64,000 nucleotides of DNA from Paraspadella gotoi (lineage: Eukaryota; Animalia; Chaetognatha), in assembly GCA_051294375.1 (NCBI GenBank), contig CM119268.1, positions 20,316,531 to 20,380,530 of the forward strand, written 5' to 3'. Each line of letters begins with the position of its first letter. The first letter of the stretch is position 1. The position numbers were made by a program, and so were the translations under genes. Below, in pieces: positions 1 through 12,668 of the stretch. The notes beneath the pieces were generated by a model that saw only the letters and a program-made list of their open reading frames with translations, had not been told where the DNA came from and did not search any database.

Positions 1-2642
1 AAAAAAGTAAACAAGCTAAAGTACTAGAAGTTGGAAAATAAAAACGTTACTGATTTTTTTACCAGAGTGCAAAATCCGTAGTTATTAAACAGATTATTTT
101 GCCACAGTATTTGATCTTTTCATTTCACTCCCATTTGAAATGGGAGTGAAAAGCATCTTACAGTACAAGTATTATTCAAATAAAGTATAAGCCAAGTTAT
201 GAACATTCGAAATGTGAGATAGAGCAACGGACCGACCGACAGACCGAAAAGTGAGTTACTTTTTGAAGATAGAAACGAGATTTTAAGGTTTTATTCTTCA
301 TGTGCTCTGTTTCGAATAGAGATAAAAACTTGTGTTTAAATCGCCTCCCAAATTTTTTTGACTCATCCCCCGACTGCATCTTAACCGTTAATCTGTCGGT
401 TTCTACTATCTTCACCCACAATTTCGGGCCGCCTATTACTCTGCCCTCTTATCTGATTGGCTTCCGAATGAGATTTAACTTTAAACTTTAAAGCGAAAAA
501 TAGAGATGTACTTCTTCCTCGATAATTTTTTAGTAAATAAAAAAATTACAATAGTGGTCCTTGTTTGTATTGTTTTGGCATGTGTTTGAGACTCATTTTA
601 CTTTTTTCCTTCTAAAGATTTTTTAATGTAAAAGCTGATAACGATTTCTCACACTGCATTTTTTTTTTGCCACTTTTATCAGTGTCTTTCAGCAAAATCT
701 CGTTTTTTTCTTTTGCGATGCCAGATAGAAAAAAAAATTATTGCGTTTTTACTTACGACAAAAAAGTGAATGAATTGAGAAATATCCTTTTTTGCCGACA
801 GGAACACCTGCGTCACTTTTATCTTTTGCTTCATATTCGAAGACGGCTCGGTCTATAGTTTTTTGAGCGGTCGTTCCTGTCACAGTGAATGTAGGACTGG
901 AATAACTCGATTAACTTGGCGGCCACAGGGACAGCAAGGAAAGCGCCTCTCTCGTATAGGATCCTGTTTCTCTTTTTTTTTTATATCTCCCTGTCTCTCT
1001 CTGGTTTGACTGAAAGAAAAAAAGGCGGGGGTGACAGAAGGAAAAAAACTAAAGGTTGCGTTGGCCGGGGCGAAACTATTTTTCGAACGAACAATGCAAT
1101 CGACAGAAAAATTTTTTTTTTACTCTACATAGAACAAAAAAATTAAACAAAAATTGTCGTCTTCGGGTGTCCTCCTCTTTTTATCCTTTTAACTTATTCC
1201 CGTGCTAAATCGATTAAGGGGCGCTGCTTTACCGTTTTCGTCGGAGCAGGTTCCTTTCTCGTTCTCTCTCTCTTTCTCTCTCTCCCACAACTCTCTTTTT
1301 CTACATAGTCCTGTTGATCTCCCTGCCAAGTACCAATCCGTCGTTTTTACCTCGCGGGTAGAAAGAGAGCGAGACGATTGAGAGGACGACAGGCGAGTGT
1401 GGTCGGAGCCGGCCGCAGATGGCAAGCCGCGACCAAAAACCGCGACGTCGTTTCCTTTTTCTTTTATTTTTTGGTCGAGAATTAAACGGTCGACCGGGAG
1501 CAGCCCATGATGCGGTGAAGGGATGGGTGCGAAAAGGTTGTTTTTCTAGAGACGCGGGGGTCGATGCTCTGTCGTAGATTTATCCTATGTAATCTCAAGA
1601 TGTCTTTGTTTTGTTTACGCTTCCATCTTGCGGATGAAAGAAGGGGGAGGCAGGATGGGCACAAAATCCTTCTCGCGACAGCGTGGGTTTTTTTTTCCAC
1701 TCGAGGAACCTAGATAAATAAAAAGAAGCGGAAATAAGAAACGGCCGTAAAGGGTCTCCCGTGATGGCGAACGCGGCGTAACACGCCACTGCGTGCGTTG
1801 TTTTTGTAACGGGAGAGTGATAAGTAGTCTTAAAGATTAAAAAATGGTAAATTATGACGGAGCAAAGCGATTCATAATAAATAAACGATATTTAACTTTA
1901 GTAGAAAAGGAAAATGCAGTTTTGTTCTGTTGGCGACAACGGCTATATTTATTCACGTAGAAAAATAAAATTGTCAACTTTTTTTTTCTTATGACCAAAA
2001 AAATTGTAATTCAAACTCATCTTATACAAAGTAACAATACAATAAACAATAAATAAAAAGTAAAAATTTTTTGAGACCGATTTATATCCTATACACATAT
2101 GAAGAGAAAGCTTTTATATTCCTTGTGCCCTTGTATTTGAACAAATAAGAGAAATTAATATATGTTTAATCTGACGCTGATAAGTTAAAACTTAGAAGCA
2201 AAAAAAAAAATTGCTTTTATTGATTTAATGGCGGGGTTATTTGCGGTAATCTTTACAGCACTTAAAAAAAGATGCGGGCCGAGAGATGAATATCCGTTTT
2301 ACTTTTATTACAGGTTTAAAAATAATTAAGAGAGCAAAAAGTAAAATGAGGCAACATTTGAAAGGGGGAGGAAGTATTTTTGATGCCATATCTTTTTTAT
2401 GATTTGACGGAAAGACTTTTTCGGTTTCGCCGGTGGTTTACTTTTTAAAGAAATAAACTGGGTTTTAATCTGATGTGTCGGCGTGGTTTTTTGTCAGCAC
2501 TAGTTTTTTTTTTGTTTTGCTCTCTAACCATTAATGCGGAACAGGTTACAAACTAACAGAATTCCGGTATAAATATTGTTAATGTGTTTATTAAAGATCG
2601 TAAAAATTAAAAAAAATTTAAGATTTATATTTATGATTAAAC

Positions 2643-2807
2643 TTTCTTTCGTTGTGTTTTGACTTATTTGAAATTAAAGACGAAGTCTTGATACATTAAC
2701 GATTTTATTTTTATTGTCCAGCACTGCTGAAGGCTTGAATGAAAGCCGAAACTTGTCTGAACAATAAAAATAAAATCGTTGATGTATCAAGACTTTCTTT
2801 AATTTCA
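2643..2807 (+). mobile_element. Penelope-type palindromic insertion with a minimal type-I hammerhead in the loop
   Basis: ~55-bp inverted arms enclose CTGCTGA-AGGCTT-GAATG-AAAGCC-GAAAC-TT-GTC (2723-2758). An imperfect ~22-bp flanking duplication AAGATTTAT..TTAAAC is present. Confidence 0.7.
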
Positions 2808-5079
2808 AAGATTTATCTTATAGTTAAACGCATGGAAGCTATTTTATATTATCCGAATACTATAATATAAAAAAAAATTTTTATCAATTATAATTTTTCT
2901 TACGGATTCTGATAGAGCTTGAAAAGTTAGATGAAGGTTAATATTACAACTTTTTGAAATTTTAATGATTTATCTATAAAAATTAATAAAAACTAAAAAA
3001 TTTAATGGATGATGATAATAATTTTTTTAAGGTTTTTATTAAATTTAGCCCATTTATCATTAAAATTTTTGAAATTTGTAGTACTAAACTTAATCTAACT
3101 TTATCAGAATCTATTTTTAAAAATTTAAATTTAAAAAAAAATTTTATGCATTTCTTATATATTGTTAAATATTAAAATGCTTCCATGTGTGAGGAAAATT
3201 AATTTAATCAAAATTTAACATCATAAGTAAAATTGGCTTGAAAAGGACAAAAGACTTTTATTGCAGACTTGTAAAAAATGTTAAATTTTGGCCCGCCTTA
3301 CTAACCATGTCTAATTTATTTTGTTTATATATTTATCTAACCCTTTATCGAAGTTTTTTAAAGATTTGTTTGTCATATTTGTTTATACTGGGGCGGGAAG
3401 ATTGTAAGAAACTGATATGTCTAGAGTTTCAATGACTGGCAGACTTTTTTCTTTTTAATATCTCTCAGTAAAAGTAAACTTTTTCTTAAAAACGCGAGCA
3501 CACAAACTAGAATGCTGACACGCAGAAAATAAAAAAGTTTAGATCGTCGGACTTGAATTTTTTTTCAAGTTTAACGATTTGAAGTCGAAATAAAAGTTTT
3601 TAAAAATACGCTGTGGCGAACCAGACGAGGTAGAGAAAGGGAAAAAAAAAGAATGAGAGCACGAGTGAGTGTGAGTAAGATGCGTATGATCGACGGTGGT
3701 GAATGGTGATGTCGTCGTCGTCGTTTTCCTCGTCGTCGTATTTGTTCTCTTGGTGGTCACTGTGTTCGTAGTCGGCCCTGTTATTGTCTTTGTACTCGTA
3801 GCGGTGGCCGTTGTCGTCGTAGTCGTCGGTTCTCAATTGTGACAATTACCTTCGTCGTTTTCGTTATTGCTTTTATGGAAGCAGTGAAGGTTGTTGTGAG
3901 AGCGGGTCATTGTTTCTCAAAAGCGCTTTGTTCGACCATGTTTTACCAAACAAATCGTATCTGTGTTTGTTATTACGGTTCAACATAACCAATTTGGTAA
4001 AGTTATTCATTTTATCATCGTTTTTAATGGACAATCATCCTTGATTTTCGTCAGTGAACATTCGTAATTGTCTTCAGCTCTAAGGCGACCAGTCGAACGG
4101 AAGTCGAATCCAAAACAAAAGCCTATGAAAAAGCGACAAAGGATGACGGCCCGACTGGCCGTCGGGACAGATAAAGGGGGAAGAATGATCCCCTCGCCGG
4201 GATCCGTTTTTCTGGGAGTGAAAGGGGGGGGGGAAGAGATTCTCGCTCTCTCAAAACCCGCCCGAACATTATCGTTATATCATCTCCCTTTCGAAATGGA
4301 CAACGGTCGTCGTCGTCGCCTTTTCCCTCATTTATTCTCTCTCGCGTTTTGAATTTTTTCGGTCCAATGTTCACGGTTCCCGGAATCAATCACGATTGTG
4401 TCGCTTGAAAAAAATTTTTGACTGAGATCTCTGCGACGAAGGTGTGTGACTTTTCATAATTCAAAAATGATAAGTTCGGTAGGAGGTGGAAATTTGTAGA
4501 GAAAACGTTGTATCCTTAGCATGTATAAATGGATTTAATATACTATCTAGGAAAAAAGTATATCACATAATTTAGTTATTCAATAAAAAATATACAAAAC
4601 ATGCGTTAAATATTCTTATTATTTAGTATGCCCTTCCTCGGCATCGATTATTTCCTGTAGTCATCTGGGTATGATTTTATACAGAAAATTGAGGTATGAT
4701 TGTGAAATGTGTTTCTCCATCTTTAACGCAATTTTTTTCAGCCTTATATTAATATTGAAAGTCTTTCTTTTTTTTTCTGAAAGTTATAATAGTATTTTTC
4801 TAAACCAAAATAAAGTGCAAAGCCTTTAACATTGCCAAATTAAAAAAAAATATTCTTTAAAATAAAAACAATTAATTAAATATTAAAATAGTGGAAAATT
4901 AAATATATTTTTTTACTGTTTTTCATTAGAAGTAACCTGCCTGTAACTTCTAAACAATTTGACCTACAAGTTTGAGCAATGTCGGATCGATAATTAGGTG
5001 ATAATCAGTTAAATAAATAAATATTGTAATATAAATAATTACAAATAAAATATAAGTAATTTTTTAACTATTATAATTT

Positions 5080-5445
5080 TTTTGACTTGCATAGTTTTTT
5101 TTACTCGCATCATTTTTTCAACTTGCATCATTTTTTCAACTCGCATCATTTCTTTCACTTGCAACATTTTTTTTTGCATAATTTTTTCAGCTTGTAACAT
5201 TTTTTCAACTTGCAACATTCTTTTAACTTGCAACATTCTTTTAACTTGTATCATTTTTTTAACTTATATCATTTTTTCAACCTGTATTATTTTTTTAACC
5301 TGCATTATTTTTTCAATTGCATCATTTTTTCAACTTGCATCATTCTTTCAACTTGTAATAATCTTTCAACTTTCATCATTTTTTTAACTTGCATCATTTT
5401 TTTTAAATATATAATTTTTTTAAATTGCATATTTTTTTCACTTAA
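5080..5445. repeat. ~21-bp minisatellite (AACTTGCATCATTTTTT-type) inside DINE family B
   Basis: Tandem degenerate units; these generate the spurious periodic ORFs. Confidence 0.85.
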
Positions 5446-6818
5446 ATAATTAATTAATTAATTATAACATTCATAAGTAAGCATAAATAATAAAAATTCA
5501 AATAAACTTGACTTTGGTTTTTTTTTATGTAAACTCATTTCTAATCCTCGATTCCATCGAAACTTAATATCGTGCTCAATCACACTTTCCTACCCACACA
5601 CAAAATTTTAGCTCAATCTATCCATCCAATTATGATTAATTCAATTAATTATGGGTTAAAATTAGTAAAAAGATTTAAGTTAATGTGACTTATGTTTTTT
5701 CCATTTAAACTCATTTCCACTCGCATGATTCCATCGAAATTTAAAGTTGAAAAATGAAGTTTTTTTGCTAAATAGGGATGAACAGACGGACGGACATTGT
5801 TTTTTTTTTTTTTTTTAATTTAGCCTAATATGATGTTCTGATGTGATAGAAATAATTTTCCAACAAGTTTTAGGGTGGGACCAATGGACCGACGAAGAGT
5901 TGGAATCTGCTGACTAAAAAAATTAAAGGAAACTACTGAAAGGAAATTCAATGTAGATTTGAAAATATTCTGATTTTTTTTAAATTAAAAAAAGTTTTCG
6001 AGTTATTAAAATGTGACTTTTTTCCTAGATAGTATAAAAATAATTGGCGTAAATTGAGGATGGTGACGTAGATATATATATATATGAAATTAGGTATCGT
6101 TAAATGTATTAACGAAGCCCTTCTCATCTTTATCTGCCTGTGTAGTTGCGAATATATTTAGGAAGTAAGACGTGCCATATGAGTATACGGCCAATCACGT
6201 CATGACGGAGCGGAGACGCTGACGGGAGATGCGAGAGGTTATTTTTAGTCGTCAAAGAGAGAAAAAAAACTCGGATAGTCACAGAGAGAGTGAGAAAAGG
6301 AGGCAAAAGAAAAAGGTAATGAAAGATAGAAAGATGGAGAAAGAAAAAAAGGAGGATAAAAAAAAAGAAAATAAGAGAGAAGAATGCAATGTGGGTAATT
6401 GGGTAATTTGCAAGGTGGGTAATTTCGAAAAGCCAAGAGAGATTCAGAGACGAGTGCGAGAGGCCACGACAAAAGGAGAATATGAACGTAATCAATCGTA
6501 AAAACGGACTAGAATTTCCATCCCCCTTTTTTTTCCACGCCGTTGTCCATTGTTACTCATGATTCGTCCCTCGAGGATTTGAACGATTTTTTCGCTTCCG
6601 TCCGCAAAATATTCTCTTTTTTGTTTCAGTGTGTGATTGTGTCTGTGTGGTCGAGTAAAAATGGCGAAATAAGAATAAAAATCAAATAAATTTTAAAAAA
6701 TTTAAAGGTCGCATCGTCGTGGTGTTTATTCCTTGATGGTGGCGACGTTTGAAGAAATCTTTAATTAGGGTTATTTATTTATTTTATTCGAGACGTTTTA
6801 TGGGGAAAAAGACCCGAA

Positions 6819-6821
<3 letters not shown>

Positions 6822-6850
<29 letters not shown>

Positions 6851-6860
6851 NNNNNNNNNN
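6822..6860. repeat. (GA)n microsatellite ending in an assembly gap (10 N); a (CT)n tract lies at 7540-7600
   Basis: Direct observation. Confidence 0.95.
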
Positions 6861-7536
6861 AAAAGAGAAAGAAAGAGAGAAAAGAGCTTCTCTCGAAGGG
6901 CTACCGAACAGCAGTGATGATAGGAAGGCGGAAAGGAACGACGGTGAGAACGACGATGTCGAAGGACACGATGTCATCGACGACAGCCCGAAGAGAAAAT
7001 AAGGACAAGGAAGAGGCGACTCTTTTCTCTCTCTCTCGGAATCGCTGTTTTTCTCTCCTTCACTCTTCAGCCTCAGCGTTCCTGCCCACCAACCTTTTTT
7101 GATGCGTCAGCGGCGGCAGCAGTCGGCCCGTCTTGGCTGCCGCCGCGCCGGGAGCGTACCCTGCGTTTCCGCCGTCGCGGAAGAGCAGATCCCAGCTATA
7201 GCGAAGGGGGCGAAGCGGCCGAAATAATACGGCTGCAGCCCCTCTCGCAGCATTGGGCGGTAAAAGCGGCGGCGCAGCAGAAGAGAAAGGCAACGCGCGG
7301 GCGAAATGAAGGAAAGAAGAGATAGAAGAAAAAGGGAGGCATCACCCCGGATAAATAATGCAACGCCACCGGAGAAAGTAGGAAAAAGGAGGAAAGGAAA
7401 GGGAATCTCCAAGGCGCTCACCGCGTTCGAGGACGATACGCGTCAATTGATGCAGCCGCAGCTTTTTTTTCTTTCCTTCCTTCAAAAAAGCGCGGCGGAG
7501 AATACGCCCCCGCTGCGCTGACGCATCAATATTTCC

Positions 7537-7602
<66 letters not shown>

Positions 7603-9607
7603 GTTCCCCTTTCAAATATTCTATCATGATTCATTAAATGGGATAATCGAATTGAGGTTTTCCCCTCCTCTTCGATTCTGGAACGTTCCGGTTAACACGT
7701 GCCTCGTCCCTTTCCTAGAAATTAAAGAATCTGTGGATTGAGTTGGTGGAGATAAAAGGTGTTTTTCTTGGTGGCTCGCGAGAACCGTTAATATGGATTC
7801 ATTAAGTTATAAACAGATCATTACGATAGAGTTGGTTTGACTCATTATACGAGTTGGACCAGTTTTGTTGAATTACCATCAACCTCAAAAGTACCAGTTT
7901 TCCCGCCAGGTCTACAAGGCAAACCCAATGTGAAAATGAAAACCACTCGTTAATTCACTCCACTGCGCAGGAGTTTTTCCACTGTTTCGGGGAACGGAAG
8001 GGACCTGATCAAATGTTACATCAAGTCCCAGAGTTAATTTTGAGCTAATTAGTTCGCTTCGATCATCGGGACTCTCCGTCATGTTCTCAGATTCTCATTC
8101 CATTTTTGGTGGGATATTTTTTTCATTTTCCATTTTATTCCCGCGATTTCAATCCACATTGGTCTCTACTTTCTTAATCATTTCCTGATTTACTCGGCGT
8201 TAGATAAGTGCTAAGTCTATCCAGTATTCATTATTCATTACCTTTTTACTTCCTTTACTGAGCAGTACCAATCAAGTTTGATCACACTGGGTTTACCGCT
8301 ATCAACTACTCATCCCAACTCTCCCGCCCCCTCTCTCCATTACCAGAGCGGAGTTAGAGACCACCTTCTGGGCGATCATCGTCAAAATACGTTTCGCCTT
8401 TCTCGGTCGCTTAATATTCTCGGCTTAGTCGAAGCTTTTTGTTTGATTCTTTTTTTTTTTTAATGTCTTTTCAGAATGAAGATTGAAGAATTCGGATTTA
8501 GAATCGTGAATAATTTTTTGAAAGGAGAGAGAGAGAGAGAATGAATCGCAAGTAGATGAATAAATCGACGTTTAATTTTATGCGGTGCATTCCAAAGCTC
8601 GCAAAGAACTTTGAATTGAGGAAAGAAGACGTTTTACGATTTTTTTTAAATTTAAGTTTACTTATGTATAAAATCAAAGGTCTTCATGTCTTAAGTTAAG
8701 AAAAATACGATTCTCGCGTTGCTTTGAATCCATGAAGGAATTACAGTGAAAATTTGAATTCCCACGGTCCGCGTGGTCAAAATCGCATAAATATTACACA
8801 TACAACAATAAAGATCATACGAGATTATAATGTATAATTGATTAAACTTTAGTTGCATAAGATAACTAGGCTAGGGCCTGTTTTTAAATTATTTTGAACT
8901 ATTGAGCAACGGAGTAATTCATTTGAAAATAATAATCGAAGCTCTTCGTGACCGGAGCCGGGGAAATTTTTTCTTGGGAATTTTAAAGAGCCATTCGTGT
9001 GGAATTGCATTTTGTCCCGAAAGTCGAACGGGGTTACGTGTCGCTCCGGATTCCTATGGACCGAAACGGCCGTAACTTTGACTTTACTGCCAGAGAATTC
9101 TCTTCCTCCTTCCGAATTTCTTAGATCATGAGGTACTTTGCACAATTGGCCAGTTGGTTTTCGATAACGTAAAATCTATACTACTATAAGGCGTAGCCAA
9201 GATCCGACGAGATTCTCTGGAACAATAAATACAGAAAGCTTCATATTATAAAATGAGGGACCCGTTTTTTGTGACCAGAACACGTTCCGAGAAAAATTCA
9301 TTGAAATTAGGTATTAAGGATCCAAATAGAACTATCGAGGCGAATTTCAATATTTGACCCCTGAGCTGACATATGAGATTTGTTTTGAACTGTTGCACAG
9401 ACGTTTACTCTTCTACAAAAACATATTTATTACCACAAACATCTCGGTTTATCTTAATTTTCAGCTTCATGAACAACAGCTGTTCAAGTCAGGTTTGGAA
9501 TAATTTGGGAAAATTGGAAGTAACAATGTTTAATTTTTGAAAATTTATCCATTTTAATTCTAAAATATTTTTTTATTTGTTTAAAATGTCAATGCACCTG
9601 ATTCTAA

Positions 9608-11820
9608 GGGGTGAACTTAGGTAATATTTTGCCTGATTAACTGAGCAGTGTTACTGAAATTGCTTAGGTAAAGAAATGATTTTTCCTAATTAATATAGGC
9701 AATTTCTGAATCAAAATATTTTTGCTTGTATATTTATTTTTAAAGATAAATAAAACAATATATTTTCTTTTATTGTTTTAATTTCGTTATCAACTATATT
9801 TTCAATTTGTTATTACTATATTTTAAGCCTAAAAATACTTTTCCCAGATGGCATGAAATATGAGTATCAGCATTAAGTATGTAAACTACTTGGCTACTAC
9901 AAGACCCAGAACCAATAAAATTATTAAGAAGATTAATTCATTGATAAATAAAAAAATTAACAGATAATAAAGAAATTAGTAATAACAATAAGGATGCATA
10001 CATTTAAAGAGATTTGCAATGTAACATATTCAGTTGTATCCTAATATGATTGACAAGATTAAAACCTTGATCAAAGATGATGTAAAAATGTACACAAGAC
10101 TCAGTCGCCCAAAAATGTTTTGTATCTTATTTAATATGTATTACTCAATACCTCTCTAGCTGATTATATTAAAAATTTCGAGCTCGATATGGAAAGTAAA
10201 TATCCTATGGATATGATTTTAAAATAAAAAAATCTAAAAATATTTTTCTATTTTTTTATCATTAACAAAGATTTTAACTCAAAGTAAAAAATGACATTCT
10301 TGAATACTGAAAAATGTTTATCTTAATTAAAAACAACTATATAATAGACTCCAACCCTGTCACCAAATACCAAACACCAAACATATTTTAGCTATTATTT
10401 ATTTTATAAAATTATTTTATCTTTAATTAAAAACATTTGGGCTAAGACTAATTGAATTTCAATGTTGAGCAAATTAAAGTTTTATATTTGATAAAGATTT
10501 TGTTTAAAAATTACTACAGAAAAATATCCTATTTTGTTATTTTTTTAATTTTATATGAAAATTTGCAAAATTACTTGTTTCACTATCTTATATTTTATAT
10601 TTTATGAATGTTTTACTATTTAAACTTTGTGTGTAAATGCCTTTTCACTCTCTCTCCCTCTTCTTTTGTAGAAAAATTTGTGAGCATTTCACAAAAACTT
10701 TGACGCTGATGAAGGCTCAAACATGTTCGTCTAACAATAAAAATTTTTGTTGTTGCAATTAAATAATTCGTCTCCTTAAACTATTTAATTTATATTATTT
10801 TATTATATATATATTACTTTTTAAAAATATTATTTGCTTGAAGAGACATTAATTATTGTTAAGTGTTAATAACAGAACCGTTCAATATAAGCAGTCCCTG
10901 AGCTTCGGATCAGGCTGTAACACCATCTTACAGGCGGGTTAAGCGCCCCGTTCCTCTTAACTGCTTGGCGGCCACCGGGCTAGAACCCCGGACCTTTGGG
11001 TTGGGAGGCGAATGACTTGCCTCCGGCACCAATGGCCACTGATGAACGGTTGGTGGATTTTAGTCCACCATTTTTGTATTTTCTATGCCTGCGGGGTCGC
11101 GCGTTCGAGGCGTCGGCCGTCGGATGAACAGATTTTGACAAGGAGCAAGGATTTCGTAGTATCTTACTAAATCTCGAAGCGTAAAGAAAAACGTCGAAAA
11201 ATGTAGAATAAATTGTAAATTATTTGTATTATTGTAGAGATAAATCCATGGCAAATCAATGAAAAGTCGAAAAAATGTTTGTAATAAATCCTTGGATCCG
11301 TAAAAACTACGGTTCCAGACGGCCGATCTTTTCTTTAAAAATGATTCTGATCGAATAACAAGTGACGAGGTTTTCGGCCGAAAGAAAGCCACAAGAAAGC
11401 AACTAGAACGGTGAAAAAATAAGGTCAGCTAAGGTCAACTTAAATGACTAAAAAAGAATGACCCGACGCGAGGTAACAAAATATCTTACACTTTTTTTAT
11501 CTAATAACTCATTTTGGGAGGGGGAGGTCAGTGTTGTCTTAAGGAAATAGAGGGAGCATCTATACAACACAAGGTTAGACTACAATAGAATACAATTAGA
11601 CTACAATATTTAATTTAATATCATTTGGCTTCAAATTATTAAAGATAACCTTTCCTTTTTAAATCTTAGCAAATTAGATCATAAGTTTATCAGTTATATC
11701 TTAGTTTTAAAGATCCTTTCCTCAATTAAAAATTGCCTACTTTTATTCAGTTAACTACTAGGTAAACCAAAAAATTGTCTATTACCTATTTAAGAAAAAA
11801 TCTTTGCCTAAGTTCACCCC
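9608..11820. mobile_element. PIF/Harbinger-like non-autonomous element
   Basis: Perfect 14-bp TIR GGGGTGAACTTAGG / CCTAAGTTCACCCC with a 3-bp TAA TSD. Confidence 0.72.
10839..11071 (-). mobile_element. Solo LTR of family 1
   Basis: Reverse complement of the 53206-53444 LTR. The twister motif at 10891-10964 has AACGG instead of GACGG. Confidence 0.85.
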
Positions 11821-12307
11821 TAATTTTACCTAATTTTACTAAATGTTTTAAAAAAATGAAAAAAAATAAATTTTAGCCTTTTTTGGCCCCCCAGGGGTCC
11901 AGCCTGTATCGCTTGTCAGGGGTTGAGTATCAAAATTCGCCTCGATAGTTCCATTTATATTGTCATTAGGACTATATATTTAAAATTTCATAAAATTCGA
12001 TCAGATAGTTTGGTGGGAACAGATTCTGGTCACAAAAAACGGGCACCTCATTTTATAATATGAAGCCTTCTGTATAACAATTCGCAGATGAGACCAATAG
12101 AAGGAACCCATCGGAGCAACAGATTTAGTCATGGAGGAGAGAGTTCAACTACGATCCTGATCGTTTTTAGTTGCGCCGCGAGTACTTGCGGAGCAACTCT
12201 GTCACTTTTCGGTCGGTCCATCGATATGTCTGTCCGTCAGTTGTTTAAAACGCTTATAACTTGCTTAAAGTTTATTGGCGCCGCCTTTTGTTTTTAAAGA
12301 AATCTTA

Positions 12308-12443
12308 GAAAAAAAACGAAGTTTTAATGATTTTTTACAACGAATTTTTGATTATTATTCGTTGTAAAAAATCATTAAAACTTTTCTTTTCTACTATCAA
12401 ACTAACAACGAAAAGAAAGGTTAATACATCATGTTTACCAAAC
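12308..12443. mobile_element. Short palindromic insertion, probably the same class
   Basis: Inverted arms AAGTTTTAATGATTTTTTACAACGAAT / ATTCGTTGTAAAAAATCATTAAAACTT, followed by the CAACGAAAAGAAAGG tail. AAATCTTA occurs on both sides. Confidence 0.5.
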
Positions 12444-12668
12444 AAATCTTATAAACTATAAGGAATAAATGATATGATAAGTAAAAAGAAAAGTAATGTG
12501 GCGCAACACCTTGGAATAACCGTTCCTTGTTTTCTTTCTGGTCTGTTTATTAATGAAATTGATGAAAAGACCAAGATTTATTGTGGGGAATGAGGAATAT
12601 TTTTCTCCTTTTAAATTCTTATCAATAATTTGTTTTACAAATCTTTTTCCCCCTTCATATTCCACTAG

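Larger units (their letters stand above)
9232..12072. mobile_element. Tc1/mariner-like non-autonomous element (expanded by nested insertions)
   Basis: ~50-bp TIRs CAGAA(A/G)GCTTCATATTATAAAATGAGG...GTGACCAGAA with TA on both sides. Related fragments lie at ~30124-30640 and ~51623-52790. Confidence 0.75.

Noticed and set aside
3539-3845. Asp-rich or Thr-rich ORFs on the - strand
   Set aside because: (GTC)n-like low complexity is common in this genome, and no convincing start, splice partners or domain were found. A real exon cannot be excluded.
5039-5449. Periodic ORFs (MLQVK/TCIIF repeats)
   Set aside because: Translation artefacts of a minisatellite inside a DINE-like element.
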